Below, piece by piece: positions 24,518-37,779 of a stretch of 64,000 nt of DNA. Under the pieces are notes generated by a model that had not been told where the DNA came from, did no database searches, and saw only the letters and a program-made list of their open reading frames with translations. The position numbers and the translations under genes are program-made. Position 1 is the first letter of the stretch. Every line of letters starts with the position of its first letter. The stretch lies in assembly GCA_973895155.1 (NCBI GenBank), contig OZ316893.1:6596963-6660962 (forward strand). The letters are read 5' to 3'. This DNA is from Marsupella aquatica. Its lineage: Eukaryota; Plantae; Marchantiophyta.

Positions 24518-24562
24518 GGGGGGGGGGGGGGGGTGTGGAGGGGGAAGGGGAAGGGGAAGGGG
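24518..24562 (+). repeat. G16 homopolymer followed by (GGGGAA)n; G-quadruplex-forming potential
   Basis: Directly visible in the sequence. Confidence 0.8.
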
Positions 24563-26131
24563 CGAACCAGCCAGGGGTTTGACCATGCCCTTTCTCTTTC
24601 TTTCATTCTCTATTCTAGAATCGCATGAGCTGGCAAGCAACAATAATCATAATTGAGCGTAGTAAAGTGCCTGTAGGCTTAAATGAACGTAGTAAAGTTC
24701 TTGAGTTGCGACAGTCAGATACCTTTCCGAGCGGAGTTGACCTCTTCCTTTCAAAAGCCAACTCGCTGGCTTGTACGCAGAAACCGGGGCAGACGCGGCA
24801 AATCACGCATTGGTCATCAGGGTGCTGCCCCCCAACTTAACTTTCCGACCTTTGGAGTTTAGCCGGAGATGGGCCCATGGGCCTCTTTAAATAATAAGAA
24901 AATAAACGTTGCCAACCCAGTGCCCACAAGCCCATTCACATCCGTGACAGAAGCTTCCTAAGAAGTTAGAACTCCTCACGGTCATAAGGGTAGGTAACAC
25001 CTCCCTTGCCGAGGAAGAGGTTGGGCAACGTCAATCCTTCTCGTTCATCACAATCATGCCCAAAACTAGAAGTTTTTGTAGTGAGAGTCCCAAAATCGGT
25101 ACATTCAGAACACCGGCCGCATTTCCTTTTCGAGTTCAAAAGAGATCTCTCAAAATCAGTACAACAAGTGAGTTGTCAACTCCGGCCGAATGATATTTGG
25201 TTGCCGTAACAATAGTCAACCGCTGCACACATGTGACGATCCCAGAACATCCACCATTCCCGGTCATTTCCAGCGGATCACCAGAGGAATCCTGCTCGAA
25301 TTGAGTATGACTAAACCTAGCCCACAACTTGCAATGTCAACTCCTAGTGATGTTCACGTGGTTCAAGGGCGAAGAGCTTTCTTCGACAATTGCCCTTCAA
25401 TCGGGAATCTTGTCCTTGAGAGAATTGACAACTGCAATGATCTGTAATTGTCGACTACACGAACAGAAAGTCCACATACGGCGCCGCAACGACGAACACT
25501 AGCATGAAGACTTCAAACCGTTGATTTATTACATACTTTACACCTCGGAATGAAACCAAGCCAGATTATAATTTGAGCGTAATGCCTAACTACTGTTAAC
25601 TCCGGGCTGCGCTTGGTGCCTTCATTATGATGAGCTCACTGCCGCGTCAGTACTTCGTCTCATATTCACAAATAGAGTGGAGAGCGAGCAACGCAGTTGA
25701 AGATGCTTTGAATCGACATTGCCCCCCGTCCAGTCTTAACTAATCGAACCTAATCTACACCACCTGCGTAAAGAATTTAAGACTACAGCCCGGTAGGTCG
25801 GACAATTGAACCTCGTCCGAGATCCATGCTCGCTGGTTGGCCCAAATGCAAGCCCTGGCTCTGATCTCCATCAAGAGAAGACTCTCGTCTGGTTGCTTGT
25901 TTGCTGCAACCGAGAATTTAATCCAGGACGCCTCAGGTCCGTCTCCACCGCTAATTTACTCAGTCGATCGCCAAACCTACCAGAAAAAATTGGTCCCTCA
26001 TCTAGAGGAATTGCCGAATTGCCACACTTACCCCTGTTTAGTATGTAAAGCTTTTTGTGAATTTAACGAGAGCAGATTGAGAACACAATCTACTAGGGAT
26101 TAATTCAAATGCCTGTTGTTGACGAGCCGAA

Positions 26132-29100
26132 TTAAAAGTTTTCCTTGTGGAATTCGAACTTGGTGGTTGATTTCCTAGTGTATCTCTTGGCGAGGTTGCC
26201 CAGCTCCGTGGCCAAGACAGCTGGTCCACAGTAGAAGACACCGACTCGCTTACCCTTGTGGGTGGCAGCCAGGTTGGAGAACACCTGTTTCCAGTTGGGG
26301 CGAGCAAAATGGGTCCTAGCCCTCGTGCCAGATACAAAATCCACCCCATTCTTCGCGTGGTGGAGGGCCTGAACCATCATGATGAGTGCAGACCTTGTGT
26401 CCCCTTCCTCGTACACACTGGTGAGGTAGTTGTGCATCTCGATTAGGTGCTGCTGGTCGTTCTCCTCGACCTCCCTCATCACACCCCTGAACCAGTCGAA
26501 GGACCCTTGCTCTCTCGTGACCCAATAGAAGTACGCATTGGTTGTACCCTGTTTCCTTCTCCTGGGTGTTGTTGATCCTGGATGGAGAGGAGAAGCACCC
26601 ATACTTACGGACTCTTCTCTCATAGTGTTCAGCATGTCCTTCAGGATACTGATGAACGGAGTGGCTCCAATCCCAAGCCCTACGAGCAAAAGCACGTCAT
26701 AATGTTTGTAGTCCTGAGCTGGTGCACCATACGGCCCATCGATCTTGATCTTGGGAAACTGGACGTCCTGCACCAGCTCCCCACTCAAGCCCCAGTTGTT
26801 ATGAGTTTGAAGTCTCTTTCTGTGACCTGACGCGTTTTGGAAGATGGTGCGTAACTCCTGCGTCCAATCTCCCAGGGTTCGAATGTGTACACTGAGGTAA
26901 GCGTCTCCTGGGGAGGAGGTGATGGAGAAGGGGTGCCACTCGAATGGAGAAATCTCGGGGCAATTGACATACATGTACATTCCACTCTTGTAGACGAACT
27001 TGCGAGGTTTGGCAAAATGGAGTGAGAGCACGTTGCCTGGATAGATGGCAGCCTTAACCACATCCACCTGATACTTTCCAGCGCGCACAAATCGCAGCAC
27101 TCGCTCGCCGATGTAGAGCAGCAACGGGATGGTGAGGTACATCCAGGTGGTCATCTTCCACCACTCATGGCTGAAGAGCAGCATCTGAGAGTGAACAATG
27201 AGAAGGATGTAGACAATGATAAAAAGATGATGAGAATACCAAAACACGTTGAATCCGGTCAATTTCTGGAATGGCCATGGCAACTTGATGAGACCTCTTC
27301 GGAACCAATGGGTAGCAAAGGTGAATGCAATTGCCATGAAAATCAGCATGAAGATTCCTGTTAGCCCCTCTGTCGATGTCACGAACCACCAGTAATTAGG
27401 CTGGGTGTTCAAATCGTCCCCCACGGAATTCTTAAACACTGAAGGGCTGGCCAACACAATTCTGGGAAAATCACAACCCATATGCACTCCTACATGCACT
27501 GCAATAGCTAATGCGATTGCCGATGCAATCAACATATGAAAATTGATGCTGTCATCGAATGGAACGATATGGCGGAGGAACGTAGAGCGGAGATAGGTGA
27601 GTGTGTTGCGACACATGGGAAGAAGGATGATGGCCATGTTGAGCTTGAGGGTCTCTGCAGCACCCTTGGCAACAGGGAGGCAGTACCCCATGACTATGAA
27701 TGCGTCGTGTTTCTGGTACTGCATGAATTTCCACGCGCAAAGCCCTGCCACGGCTCCCAGCCAAACGAGAATGATCCAAATTCTCTTCCAGTTGTCATAC
27801 AGGAAATGGTGGATGGCATGACCCAAACGATGGAGCGGATGCTTCTTTCGCGGGGGACCCAAGTTCTGACTGTATTGGACGTAAGTGTCCCGGTTGAATC
27901 CACCAATTGGACCTCTCAACAAGGCCTCTAGCTGCCACAGCTCGATATATCCTTTACCTTCCGTGTCCAGTTCCTCCATGATCAAAGCTGCGTATTCTTC
28001 GGCCTGCTCTTGCAGCTTGTTGAGCTTGTTGGCCGAGGCACTCAACTTGAGCACCTCCATTACCTCGACACCGGAAATCTTCCCATCTGCATTCTTGTCA
28101 CAGAGGTCAAAAAACATCTGCATTCTGCCATCGAAACTCTGGTCCGAAATCTGCACCCAATACTCGTACAGCTCCTCTTCGCTGAGAGCACCCACTTTCT
28201 TCCCTGCTCTCCGAGTCAGTGCATCGAATATCTCCTCAGCAAACTCCTTTGAGTTGGCCATGTCAATGCACTTTGCAAAGTCCTTCTTCAGCAGCATTCC
28301 GTCCCCATCCTTCAGAGTGTGGAACCTGGCTTTGACGTTCTCCCATTGTCTCTGTTGGTCGGCCGTAGCTGTCACCTTGTTGATGATTTTGAGCCCTTCC
28401 AAAGCATGCTCGGCTGAGGATATGCTTCTCTGTAACACAATTGCTTCATCCTTGGTGAGCTGTGGCTCCTGCACGCTGGGATGAACATACACATGAGTTG
28501 GATCGAATGTCGATGACTGATCACTGCTCGTTCCCTCGTCATCACCAACAATCTGCCAGTCGGTACTGAACCTGCCTGATAGCAAGCGAGAGCCAGTCCT
28601 TGAGAGCCGCTTGAGCTCCTGGGAGAACTGCTTCACTCGCTGCGAAGCCGACAGCTTCCCGCTGTGGTGCAGGGGATGCCCAGCCCTCTTCTCCATGTAG
28701 TCCACCACGATACTAGCCTCACGAGGCGAGAACTCTCTGCCTTCCCCACTGGGCGAGGCTGGATTGACTTGCTGTAAGGTGACCCCGTCGTCTGCCAAAG
28801 CCAGAGTAACCTCCACCAATTCTTCATCGCTGTTTTCATAATTGTCGCTCATACTATTTTGCCTGTGTTGCAGCTGCTGCCTCAGCTTTCTAGATACAGA
28901 TGGAGAGAGCATTTCTATGACATGGTCGCTGGGATCCGGAGCATGTAGCATCTCTCCGTTCCATCTACTTCTGTTCGAGGATTTCGCTTGAGAGGCCTGG
29001 TGTGCTGCAGCTCTATCATCCTCGCCGTCAATGTTGAGCTCTCCCGAGAATCGGGTTTTCAGAGAACCTCTGGGAGGGTGAAGCAACTGGTGGGCTTGGT

Positions 29101-29221
29101 CCCCTGAGCTGTTCAGCTCTCCTGACGGGTTCCGACTCACAGACTTCTTTAGAGCTGGCTTGATCAGCGGAATCTCATTGTGCTCTTCCACCCGCTCCGG
29201 AGGATCTGGCACTCGACTCAT
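26132..29221 (-). CDS. RBOH: Respiratory burst oxidase homolog (NADPH oxidase), intronless, 1029 aa
   Basis: Single uninterrupted ORF from ATG 29221 (the track starts it at an upstream TTG, 29287). EF-hands [12 protein letters not shown] and [14 protein letters not shown]; heme-ligand histidines (NFH..VH, YSHH..IVH); FAD-binding WHPFSITS; NADPH-binding GLGIGATPF and FYCG; C-terminal FHKENF. Confidence 0.96.
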   Translation of the reverse strand: MSRVPDPPERVEEHNEIPLIKPALKKSVSRNPSGELNSSGDQAHQLLHPPRGSLKTRFSGELNIDGEDDRAAAHQASQAKSSNRSRWNGEMLHAPDPSDHVIEMLSPSVSRKLRQQLQHRQNSMSDNYENSDEELVEVTLALADDGVTLQQVNPASPSGEGREFSPREASIVVDYMEKRAGHPLHHSGKLSASQRVKQFSQELKRLSRTGSRLLSGRFSTDWQIVGDDEGTSSDQSSTFDPTHVYVHPSVQEPQLTKDEAIVLQRSISSAEHALEGLKIINKVTATADQQRQWENVKARFHTLKDGDGMLLKKDFAKCIDMANSKEFAEEIFDALTRRAGKKVGALSEEELYEYWVQISDQSFDGRMQMFFDLCDKNADGKISGVEVMEVLKLSASANKLNKLQEQAEEYAALIMEELDTEGKGYIELWQLEALLRGPIGGFNRDTYVQYSQNLGPPRKKHPLHRLGHAIHHFLYDNWKRIWIILVWLGAVAGLCAWKFMQYQKHDAFIVMGYCLPVAKGAAETLKLNMAIILLPMCRNTLTYLRSTFLRHIVPFDDSINFHMLIASAIALAIAVHVGVHMGCDFPRIVLASPSVFKNSVGDDLNTQPNYWWFVTSTEGLTGIFMLIFMAIAFTFATHWFRRGLIKLPWPFQKLTGFNVFWYSHHLFIIVYILLIVHSQMLLFSHEWWKMTTWMYLTIPLLLYIGERVLRFVRAGKYQVDVVKAAIYPGNVLSLHFAKPRKFVYKSGMYMYVNCPEISPFEWHPFSITSSPGDAYLSVHIRTLGDWTQELRTIFQNASGHRKRLQTHNNWGLSGELVQDVQFPKIKIDGPYGAPAQDYKHYDVLLLVGLGIGATPFISILKDMLNTMREESVSMGASPLHPGSTTPRRRKQGTTNAYFYWVTREQGSFDWFRGVMREVEENDQQHLIEMHNYLTSVYEEGDTRSALIMMVQALHHAKNGVDFVSGTRARTHFARPNWKQVFSNLAATHKGKRVGVFYCGPAVLATELGNLAKRYTRKSTTKFEFHKENF

Positions 29222-30883
29222 TGTTGCTCGATCTACTTTGCCCGTCCTTCCCGTCGACTTTTCCCTTCCTATCTCTGGCCTTGCCAAACGAACCCTCCTG
29301 CCTCGCTAATCTTCGTCGCTTTTCGCCGTAATCTAGTGTGATGGTTTTTACTTGAAGCGAGAAAAAGTGCATCCACCTCATACACACTGTACGAAAAGTC
29401 CAAATAGAGAAGGACTCAACAAAGGGAAGATCTTCTGCTGAAATCAATAATCTCCCCACTAAGACTCGCCTCGACACCTTTGGAGCTGAACCGCTTCCCC
29501 GGGCCTGATTGGTGGGCTAGCTTGGTTAATATTTTCTATCAATAGACAGCAGTCTCGGCCCAAGCGATTCAGTGGCTAACACTCGTCCAGCTGGAAACCA
29601 CACTAAGAAAGGCCGCCGCTGCTGCAGCAAAGGAGCATCGCTCGGTTACCATCGAAGAATTATCCACCTCTATCTACCGACACAATTCGGAATGCCGATG
29701 GCCTCCTTTGACCGTTGGCTGACTTGAGCTCCACCCAACATTCGCCCGGGAAAAACCTCTGACGAAAGAATGCTGAAGAACAAAAAAAACTGCCCTGCAT
29801 TTCATTTCCCTCCCAGCCAAGACGATGATCCTGTTCTCCTTCCTTGATGCTAGACAGCTGGAAAATGGCCGGAATGCACCAAAGAACTCTTCCTTCGAAA
29901 CCTTTCAAAGCAGATGCATCGAGAAATTCAGCTATTGTCCAAACGAAATCACCTTCCCGAAATCCAGACGTTCAGTTCTTACCAACACGAGACACGAGGA
30001 AAGCTGGAGAAGATAATTTCAACACACCAACACAGCTCCACATTGCTCACGAAACCTACCAACAAGTGCTTTCGACTGCGCAAGCAGCTCTATCCGTCCA
30101 TCAAGGAGCATGTCATCCTCCTCGGACATCCACTGGAGCTGTCCGAAGGTGTGAATTAGATGTGGCCCTTGCAATTCCGCGAATCCGTTCCGCCAGGCCT
30201 CGGCTCTTTCACTGTGTTCTCCAGCAGTGCGATCCGACAGGAAGACCTTCTCCCCGACAGAAAGACCTTCTCCACAGTAGACACGAGCTTCAAACTCTTA
30301 ATCCGGCTACTAAGAAAGAGCACGCTACTACTAGTGTACTCTAGGCTGCCATAGACTCGACAGCGTCGCCAATTTTAGGCGGCTCCTCGAGCACGTTCTA
30401 GGGAGGACAAAAAAAAAGTTTTCCGCCCTTTTCACTCTTGTCTTCGTGCGATGTTTTAGTCAATGATACTCCGGACTAAATCAATGCGGTCCCGAGGATT
30501 CAGTATCGGCGAGCGAGTCTCATCATCACTCGAGTCTCATCGTCAGTACCACTACAGTCCTAAACTTCTTTGCTGCTGGTCTCTTGTGACGATCTGCACC
30601 ACCACGCTTTAATTACACTGGCACTGACTGCCCGTCCCGTCCTGTGATCACTTCCACGGGTAGAGACCGTGACAACATCGAGAACGAAAAGAGTTTGTCC
30701 AGTTCTCGTCACTGGTTTTGGAGTGGGATTTCTCACTGAATAGTCGAAGCTAGAACGCGCACCTTAGCTCGTTGGAATGAGGATCGCATAAGCTTTCTCA
30801 CGAGTCGATTTTCGCTCGAGTCCGCTCAGACTTGAGAAAGATCTGAGCCCCCGGAAACTGCACGGTCTGCCTCTGTCGCCTGG

Positions 30884-31200
30884 TTTATAGGCTCCCCGAC
30901 GAAGGGCAGAAGCAAAGGCCGGGGATTGGCTGTCGCAATCGAATGGCGTGATGCAATCCTGGCCGCGCCTTTCGCGAACGAATGGTGAAGGAAAATGTAG
31001 CACTGTATAATCATCACCATCCTTGTCGGGATGGATGCCGTCGTCATCCTCGCCTCGCTCCGAGTCAGTTACACGGTCAGACACTGACTCCGTGCGTCAG
31101 TCAGCGCTGAGGACACGGTTGTCGCTTCCATGGAGCTGGGGGTCAGGGGCGGGCGGAGCCGGGGCGGGACGAGTCGGGCGGGGTGGATAGGGCCCGCCCC
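30884..31200 (-). promoter_or_regulatory. Putative RBOH promoter: TATA, CCAAT, TGAC cluster, GC boxes
   Basis: Minus-strand TATAAA at 30884-30889 and CCAAT at ~30925-30929; five TGAC/GTCA cores within ~31062-31105; GGGCGG repeats at ~31147-31200. Function is inferred from position only. Confidence 0.45.
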
Positions 31201-32984
31201 CTCTTTTTGAACATTCCACGAAGTCATGCTAAAGTGTTTGAGGCTTGCCTACGGTAGTTCCATGCGAAGGGAGAAGAGGATACGAGCACTCCCCCTCCCA
31301 CCCCCTGGTGCCCCGTGTTGTACCGGTGCCATGCCCTTTCCCACAGGACCAAATATTTTTCATTTTAGGAATTTTCAATTTAGGAAGTATCACCAGGCCG
31401 TCTTAGTCTATTGGTCTCATTTATGCATTTTAAAAACAATGTACACACTGAAAATTCAGTGTTTACACCAGGATTCTCCACCCAAAAAAAAACATTATTT
31501 TTAAGAACAATATTGTGAACTGAGATGACACTGCCTCATACCACTTTCAACAAGACATACAATATTACAATGAATATATATAGAGTGAAATTGTTAAACC
31601 TCTCTCTATATATATAGAAACTATATATATAGAAAATATATATAGAAAGATATAGAAACTAGCAGGCTTCATGTCAAGGGTGTTTGGGTGATTTAAACAC
31701 TGACTCATTGGCTAAGTAATGTCAGACCTACATCCCTTGCTGCAGGATTGAATAATTGTAACTTGTGGTAAAATCTATGTAATGCAGGTCTTATGCATAC
31801 CATGTGAATATATGGTTTAAAGTAATGAGATGTAATCAAGGCTGAGAGTGATTGCATTGGAGCAGCCTAAAGCGCGGGAAAGCTAAAAATCACCCAGACT
31901 CGCTCAAAATCACCCAAAGCACCTTAACAGCTAGAATTCAAAGGTGTTCCAGGTTTGAATGGGGGAGATGTGGTTGCAACAAGCTCATAGAGTGGACTTA
32001 TTTGTTTTTGAATGCTTGGACTACCAAAGTCCTTGTGAAGACCATATAATTCCATTAGAGTTGTAATATGATATAGTGGTGGGTCATTTTGCATGGTGTC
32101 ATTTATGAATGGTAGAAACAAGTAAAACAACATTAATAGCTCCTCCTTTACCTACCAGAAGCATTAAGGATGAGAGTTGTCACCTATTGACAAGTGAATA
32201 TACACAATCATGATTGAATGTCATATTACAGGGGAAGGAAGTACCCTCTAGGAGGTGGATGGGAAATTGATCCTCCCGGGCCCATGCATTATATGCCCCT
32301 CACCTCATGTAGGACAGACATCAATGCTACTTTTCTATTGGTTTCAAGATTCTTGGAGTGTTCTCGTACCCCTTGCCCTCTAACCATGGAACCCCGCCCT
32401 TTGAGTAAGATCTAAGCCTTGTGATATTTTAGGACAACCCTCAAACTTGCACTTGGGAGTGGACCACAGGAATCATTTAGTGTAAACCCCCAAAAACACG
32501 TGAGAACAAACCAATCTCATGAGAATAAACATCTTGTTGAATGTAAGGTGGTACAAAGGTGTAAACTTACTGAGGTGGTACAAATTGAAAGATTGTACAA
32601 TACTATACCAACAAGCCCCTAATTACTACTTTTCATAATACATTTGCACACAATTGTGTAAAAGGAAGATGGCTTGGGCTTGCGCTTATCAGTCTCTGCA
32701 CTACCCCATACGTGTAGGGAGTTTAGTGTGTGCCCTCCTGGGTTTATGCATAATTACAGAACTGCAACACATGCACTTTGAGCACTTAATGAAACAAATT
32801 AGGGCTTTTCTTCTTTTTTCTTGGGAAATCTGTGAAACCCCACAGAAAGGGAATATTCAGCCACAATAGTTTGAACCCAAGACCTATCAGTCTCTACTTA
32901 AGTGAGCTACCACAAAGTCATGCCTCTCTGGGCTTGACCACATCCACCAGAAATCTGCCCTCCGTGCTCAATGTCTTTCAATAA

Positions 32985-33345
32985 AATGTTGACACTCATT
33001 TCAATAAAAACCCTAAACTTAGGAAAGAAAGACATGAAGGCAACTTAAGACACTATGTGTTCATGTTATTCATAATCACTTCTCTCACTCATGAGAATAC
33101 TTTATTCAAGTGGTGGAGCCATTGGTTTCATCTCTAAGAGGTCACAAACTTTAAAAGGCTTAAGGGGGCTGCCAGTGTAAGTACAAAATGCTCTAGAATA
33201 CCTAAAATTAAAGGGGTCTAAAAATTAATTAAAGATGTATATATACAAATGCTGCTCCTTGATAAGGTACATTGAAATAAAAATACATGACACCAAAATT
33301 TCAATAAGACAAAATTTGAAAGGTGGATTCACTATATAGCAGCTT
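32985..33345 (-). repeat. Dispersed repeat family A, copy 2 (inverted)
   Basis: Reverse-complement match to ~18655-19030. Confidence 0.75.
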
Positions 33346-34049
33346 GTAGAACTTACATAGAATGTGCCTAAGTAACTTGGAACTTTTTGTTACTGTTGGG
33401 GAGCCTTCTGTCTCTGATGTTACTTTGTCTTATGGAGATTTTCGGGGAGATTTTTTTACTTTTGATATGTATTTTTGTTTCAATTTATTTTAGACAGAGT
33501 GTAACTATCCTTTGTATTTTTGGAATTTGAAATTATTTTTACCCCCACTTAGTGTTTTTAATTTATGTTTCCTAAGTCTATGGTTTTGAGAAACGTAAGA
33601 GTGGCTAATACGTGTTGAGGAAATCATGAGAGGCCCACCATTTTTTAAATGGATTCATAATAGTTTAGAAGCTAAACAGTTGTCTAATAGAAAAATGGCA
33701 TGTGCGGATCTAAGTGGGGCCAACACTTTGTAAAGGAATAAGCATTGAGGCACAAGACCAACCACCCAAAACGGGACCTAAACCTAATTTATTCTTGCTT
33801 TAAAAGGGTTACTAGAAAATCATCCAAACTCTACAAAGGAATGATTCCCTATTCTTCTCAACATGGGAATCCCTGTGAGAGGGAAACAATGCAAGACAAA
33901 CTATTTTTCTTTTCTTTTTAGGTACCTTAAAGAATATTTATTTTCTCATTTATCTGGATGAAATATTCCTAAAATATTTTATTACCATTTGGGGGATATT
34001 ATTTAAAGTTGGAGCACTGCTATATTATTATGACATTGCTATATTATTT

Positions 34050-34600
34050 TGACACTGCTATATGGTGAATCCAATTTTGTCTTAATCAGATTCTGTGTCC
34101 AGTATTCTAATTTTAATGTGCCCTAACAAGGTGAATCATTTGTATTAATTGAATTTTAAAATTCAAAGTTAATTCAAAGTTAATTAAGAGTGAGAGAAAT
34201 GATGTTGGACAATGTGCATATCTGGTATACTAAGTTTCCCTCATGGTTTCCTTTGCAAAATTTATGGTTTGAGTTTTACTATCATTACTTATGGTTTCCT
34301 TTGCAAAATTTATGGTTTTAATTGAGTTTTACTATCATTACCTATAAGCAAGTAAAAAATGTACCTTATGTGCACAACTCTTCCCTGCCTTTGTATTTCC
34401 TGGTTATTAATATGTACTTTTCTTTGCATGTATACTTATGATTTTGTGTATTATTTCACTCAATCTTAAGTAACAGATTTTGTTTTCTTGGCATGTACTT
34501 TACACTTATTCTCTTCTTTTATCATAAATAAATTAAATGAATTACATCTCACTCCAAGACAAAAAGAGAGACATGTTCCAGGATGAACATGCTATACTAT
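34050..34600 (+). repeat. Dispersed repeat family A, copy 3 (more diverged)
   Basis: Shares blocks with 18655-19245; its start GCTATATGGTGAATCCA is the near reverse complement of TGGATTCACTATATAGC at ~33324-33340. Confidence 0.55.
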
Positions 34601-35098
34601 ATCCCTAGTGATACTAAATTGTACTAACTTGACTAGGTTAGAGTAGCAATTGCCTTTTTCACATGTTGCCTCACCTGATGCTACCCAAAGTCAGGGTCTA
34701 GAGGCTTCACTCTAATCCATAGGCTAGTCAAGTAGCTATTGATTGCAAATTATTAGTTAGATATCATTGAAACTGTTTTGACCACATAGTTGTAGTCAAG
34801 GGTACTCATTAATGGTTTTCTGCCCAACTACAGTAGCTAGGAGAATAATTCAGTATGAGTGCAATAGGAGGCAAAGCCAGAGAATGGGCAAGAGATCAAT
34901 AGGATTGGGTTGGGATAGGGTTATGCTAGAGAAAGGAGACCACTCTCCATGTTTGTCTCTTGTTAGTGACCCTCATGGGAAGCTCTTTCTAAATCCTGGC
35001 ACCATATGCAACCACATAATCAAATTTGGTTCCAAACAGGAACAACAATGTTTTCAACCACAAACAAACTCACTCAATCAATGTCTTACATCAATATG

Positions 35099-35277
35099 GA
35101 GAGATATGCTTAGTAGACCCCCTTCTTGAAAAATTTTGCTTAATCAACCCCCTCCATGCTTTTCCCCAACCTGGACCGTTGATGGACATTTAGATCTCAG
35201 ATCTGGACCATTGATAGACCTCAAGGGGTTGATCAAGTAACAAGTTTCATTTTGGGGGTCTATCAAGCAAACACCTC
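35099..35277. mobile_element. MITE, probably Mutator-like
   Basis: Imperfect ~55-bp terminal inverted repeats (..TGCTTAGTAGACCCCC..ATCAACCCC / GGGGTTGAT..GGGGGTCTATCAAGCA..) flanked by the direct repeat CATCAATATG (35089-35098 and 35278-35287). TSD is 8-10 bp depending on where the ends are drawn. Confidence 0.75.
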
Positions 35278-35599
35278 CATCAATATGTTGTATTTAAGTT
35301 TTTGCGAGTTGATGAAGAAACCAACCAATATAAATGCAAATAGTTAGGACCCATTGGTCTCCATACTATAAAACAAAGAACCAGTATCCTTGGTACTTCA
35401 TTATCTTTATAAATTCATGATCTCCTTAGTACTTGACAACATATGCCAATGTTATGTTCATTGGAAATCTAGACAAACTCAAAAACCCATTATCTCTTTA
35501 GCACTTGACAAGCTCTCTCTGTTTTTTAGATGACCTCATAAAAATGAACTTAACTTTCACTCACTAGCTTAGTCTTGCTAGTGGAATAGTACTCGCACA

Positions 35600-35870
35600 T
35601 CCCGGGGTCCTCACTTCTTTTCATTTGACCCAATGGGCTCGAATAAGTTTGGGTTTTTTAATTCAATTGATCAGAAGACTTTTAAAGTTTTTTGTTGAAG
35701 AACACTAGGGGTGTTTTTAAATACCAAATTATGGAATATTTCTAGAATAATCCATAAAGATAGGGGTTTAAATTAATAAAAAATTACTTTAATTTCTTAA
35801 GCTTTAGGGTATTTATTATTTGAAAAATTTGCACGTGATATGAGACCTCCATTAGAGCAAGGCCCCCAAG
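35600..35870 (+). repeat. Dispersed AT-rich repeat family B, copy 1
   Basis: Shares TTTTTGTTGAA.AACA.TAG, TTTAGGGTATTTATT and CGTGATATGAGAC..AGGCCCCC with ~60470-60776. Confidence 0.6.
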
Positions 35871-37228
35871 TGGCACACCTAACCTATTCAAGTAATTGAC
35901 TTTGGTTAGACTAAGTACACCTATATAGTAATATCTAGACCCAAGTGTAAGCTCCAATCATTGACTAGTCGTAGTTGATCAGACACGATTATTTAGCTAG
36001 ATTTTTTACACTATTGGCTAACCTCACGCATGACCAGACTATGTCTCTCCTGTTATCGTTTTTTTTAATCTTGCCCAATGTATATAGTGAATAGTCAATG
36101 TCTCAACAGGATCAATGCTTAGAATATATTTTAACTTTACATGAATTTATTTCCTAGGTTCTACCAGGACCCCCAAAGTACTAGACTAAAATTTTAGAAT
36201 TATTGGCCTAAGTTCAACTCATTATTTTGATGGGGGCCAAAAAATGGCCCATAACTTGTGGTCAAAACCATGCGGACTCTAGATATAAGCTAAGTCTATT
36301 GTGACCACGTAACTTTGGTCAATGACTTGGTATGTTTTCTGCACAACTCAAAATGGCAATATTTTATGTCCAGGTACATCTGATAGATGGTGTGTAGAAG
36401 CATTCTCCTCAGTGGCAAAATTGTGCTAAGATTCCACCTCTGTAAAAACTCTTAGTCACTTTTGACAAAAAATTGTCATGTTTCAGGTCTTCCATTCTCC
36501 AATTTCCCACCTAGCCATAAATTATTTTAGGGCTTCCATTCTCTAGTTTGCCACCTAGCCAGAGACCCCATTAGGAGGTATTGTATGATGCAAGACTTAA
36601 TTAAACAGGAAATTTTGATAGTGGGGAGAGTGTTGTAAGCAAGTGGTTTTCAATTTCTTAAAAATTTTGCAGATTTTTATATTTTAAGCGCAGTTTTAAA
36701 ACTTCGTATGGCTAAGGAGTTCGCTAGGCAAAAGAGGGGTCCCAAAATTGAATTTTACTAATCAGGTTTGAGGTAGCTAGGGGCTAACTTTGCTAGTGAA
36801 GTGTGGGTTTTGTACTCATAAGAGTGCCATACCTACCTGCTCACACGCCCCAATTCCTCTGCCCCGCCCCCCAATTAGCCAGAATGTAGCCGTCACCCTT
36901 ATATCTAGGGAGATGTGACAGTCAGAAAGTATTCTAGTAAAATTATATATTAATGAACATTCCTAGTATGTTCTGACATTCGCCACAAGAGAAACACAAA
37001 AAACCTGAAAACTGAAAACCTGAAAAACTACTCTCAAAGTATGTTGTGTATGGACCTATCAACTACCATGATATCTAATCGTGCCCAAATGGTGGGTCCT
37101 CCCATCAACAAATTGACTTTTAGAGGGCTATGAGAGCCTTCAGATTATTCCCCGAGTTCCCTGAGATCATCTCAAAATGGGATAAGCGATACATTAAACA
37201 AATGCATAGTAATACGTGTCCAAAGTAG

Positions 37229-37572
37229 TGTTGAGCATAGACGACATTCGTAACGGCAAGCCCATGAACCATCCAATGCACAAGAGTTGACACAGAGAGA
37301 TACATGGTTCACCTCCACATGAGGCTACGTCCACGGAAACACACAAGAGTTTTAATGCACTCTAGGCCGACCGGCCATACCAAGCATCCACAGCACAAGC
37401 TCTCCCTATCTCTCAACTAGCTCTGTAACAATGAGCCTAAGTTCCACCAGGGTCTGGCATTAGCCCTGGCTTTATACACAACAGCACTACCGCTAACATT
37501 AGCTAAGTCTTAACCCGAGTTAGACTAACTGTGGTTAGCTCATGAGTCACAAGACTAGAGCAATATTTAACA
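37229..37572 (-). repeat. 3' LTR of copia element 2
   Basis: Direct repeat of 44526-44869; PPT (plus strand CTCCCCCTT, ~37575-37583) adjacent. Confidence 0.95.
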
Positions 37573-37779
37573 AACTCCCCCTTGACTCTTGTCTTGGGGA
37601 CTGGACTAAATGCTACCATATGGAATCCTCAGCGGGAAGTTCTAGACAATCACCAAACCAGGTCTCCCCCTAAAAACCACAAAAGTTAACTAAGGGTTAA
37701 CTAGAACTAAGCCGTAGCCAAACAGGAATGAGTAATCCATATACAAATAGTCACACATTGCTAAATAACTCTACTTGCA

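Noticed and set aside
27885-28484. 199-aa plus-strand ORF and other ORFs overlapping RBOH
   Set aside because: Antisense shadows of the RBOH coding sequence, with no motifs of their own.
29222-29287. 22-codon N-terminal extension of RBOH from TTG
   Set aside because: Non-ATG start from the ORF caller; the first ATG is at 29221.
29844-30344. 166-aa plus-strand ORF
   Set aside because: No recognisable domain; lies antisense within the probable RBOH leader.
35946-36920. Possible gypsy solo LTR (TGTAAG..GGGGAGATGTGACA)
   Set aside because: Flanks CCAAG and GTCAG do not form a TSD, and there is no second copy.
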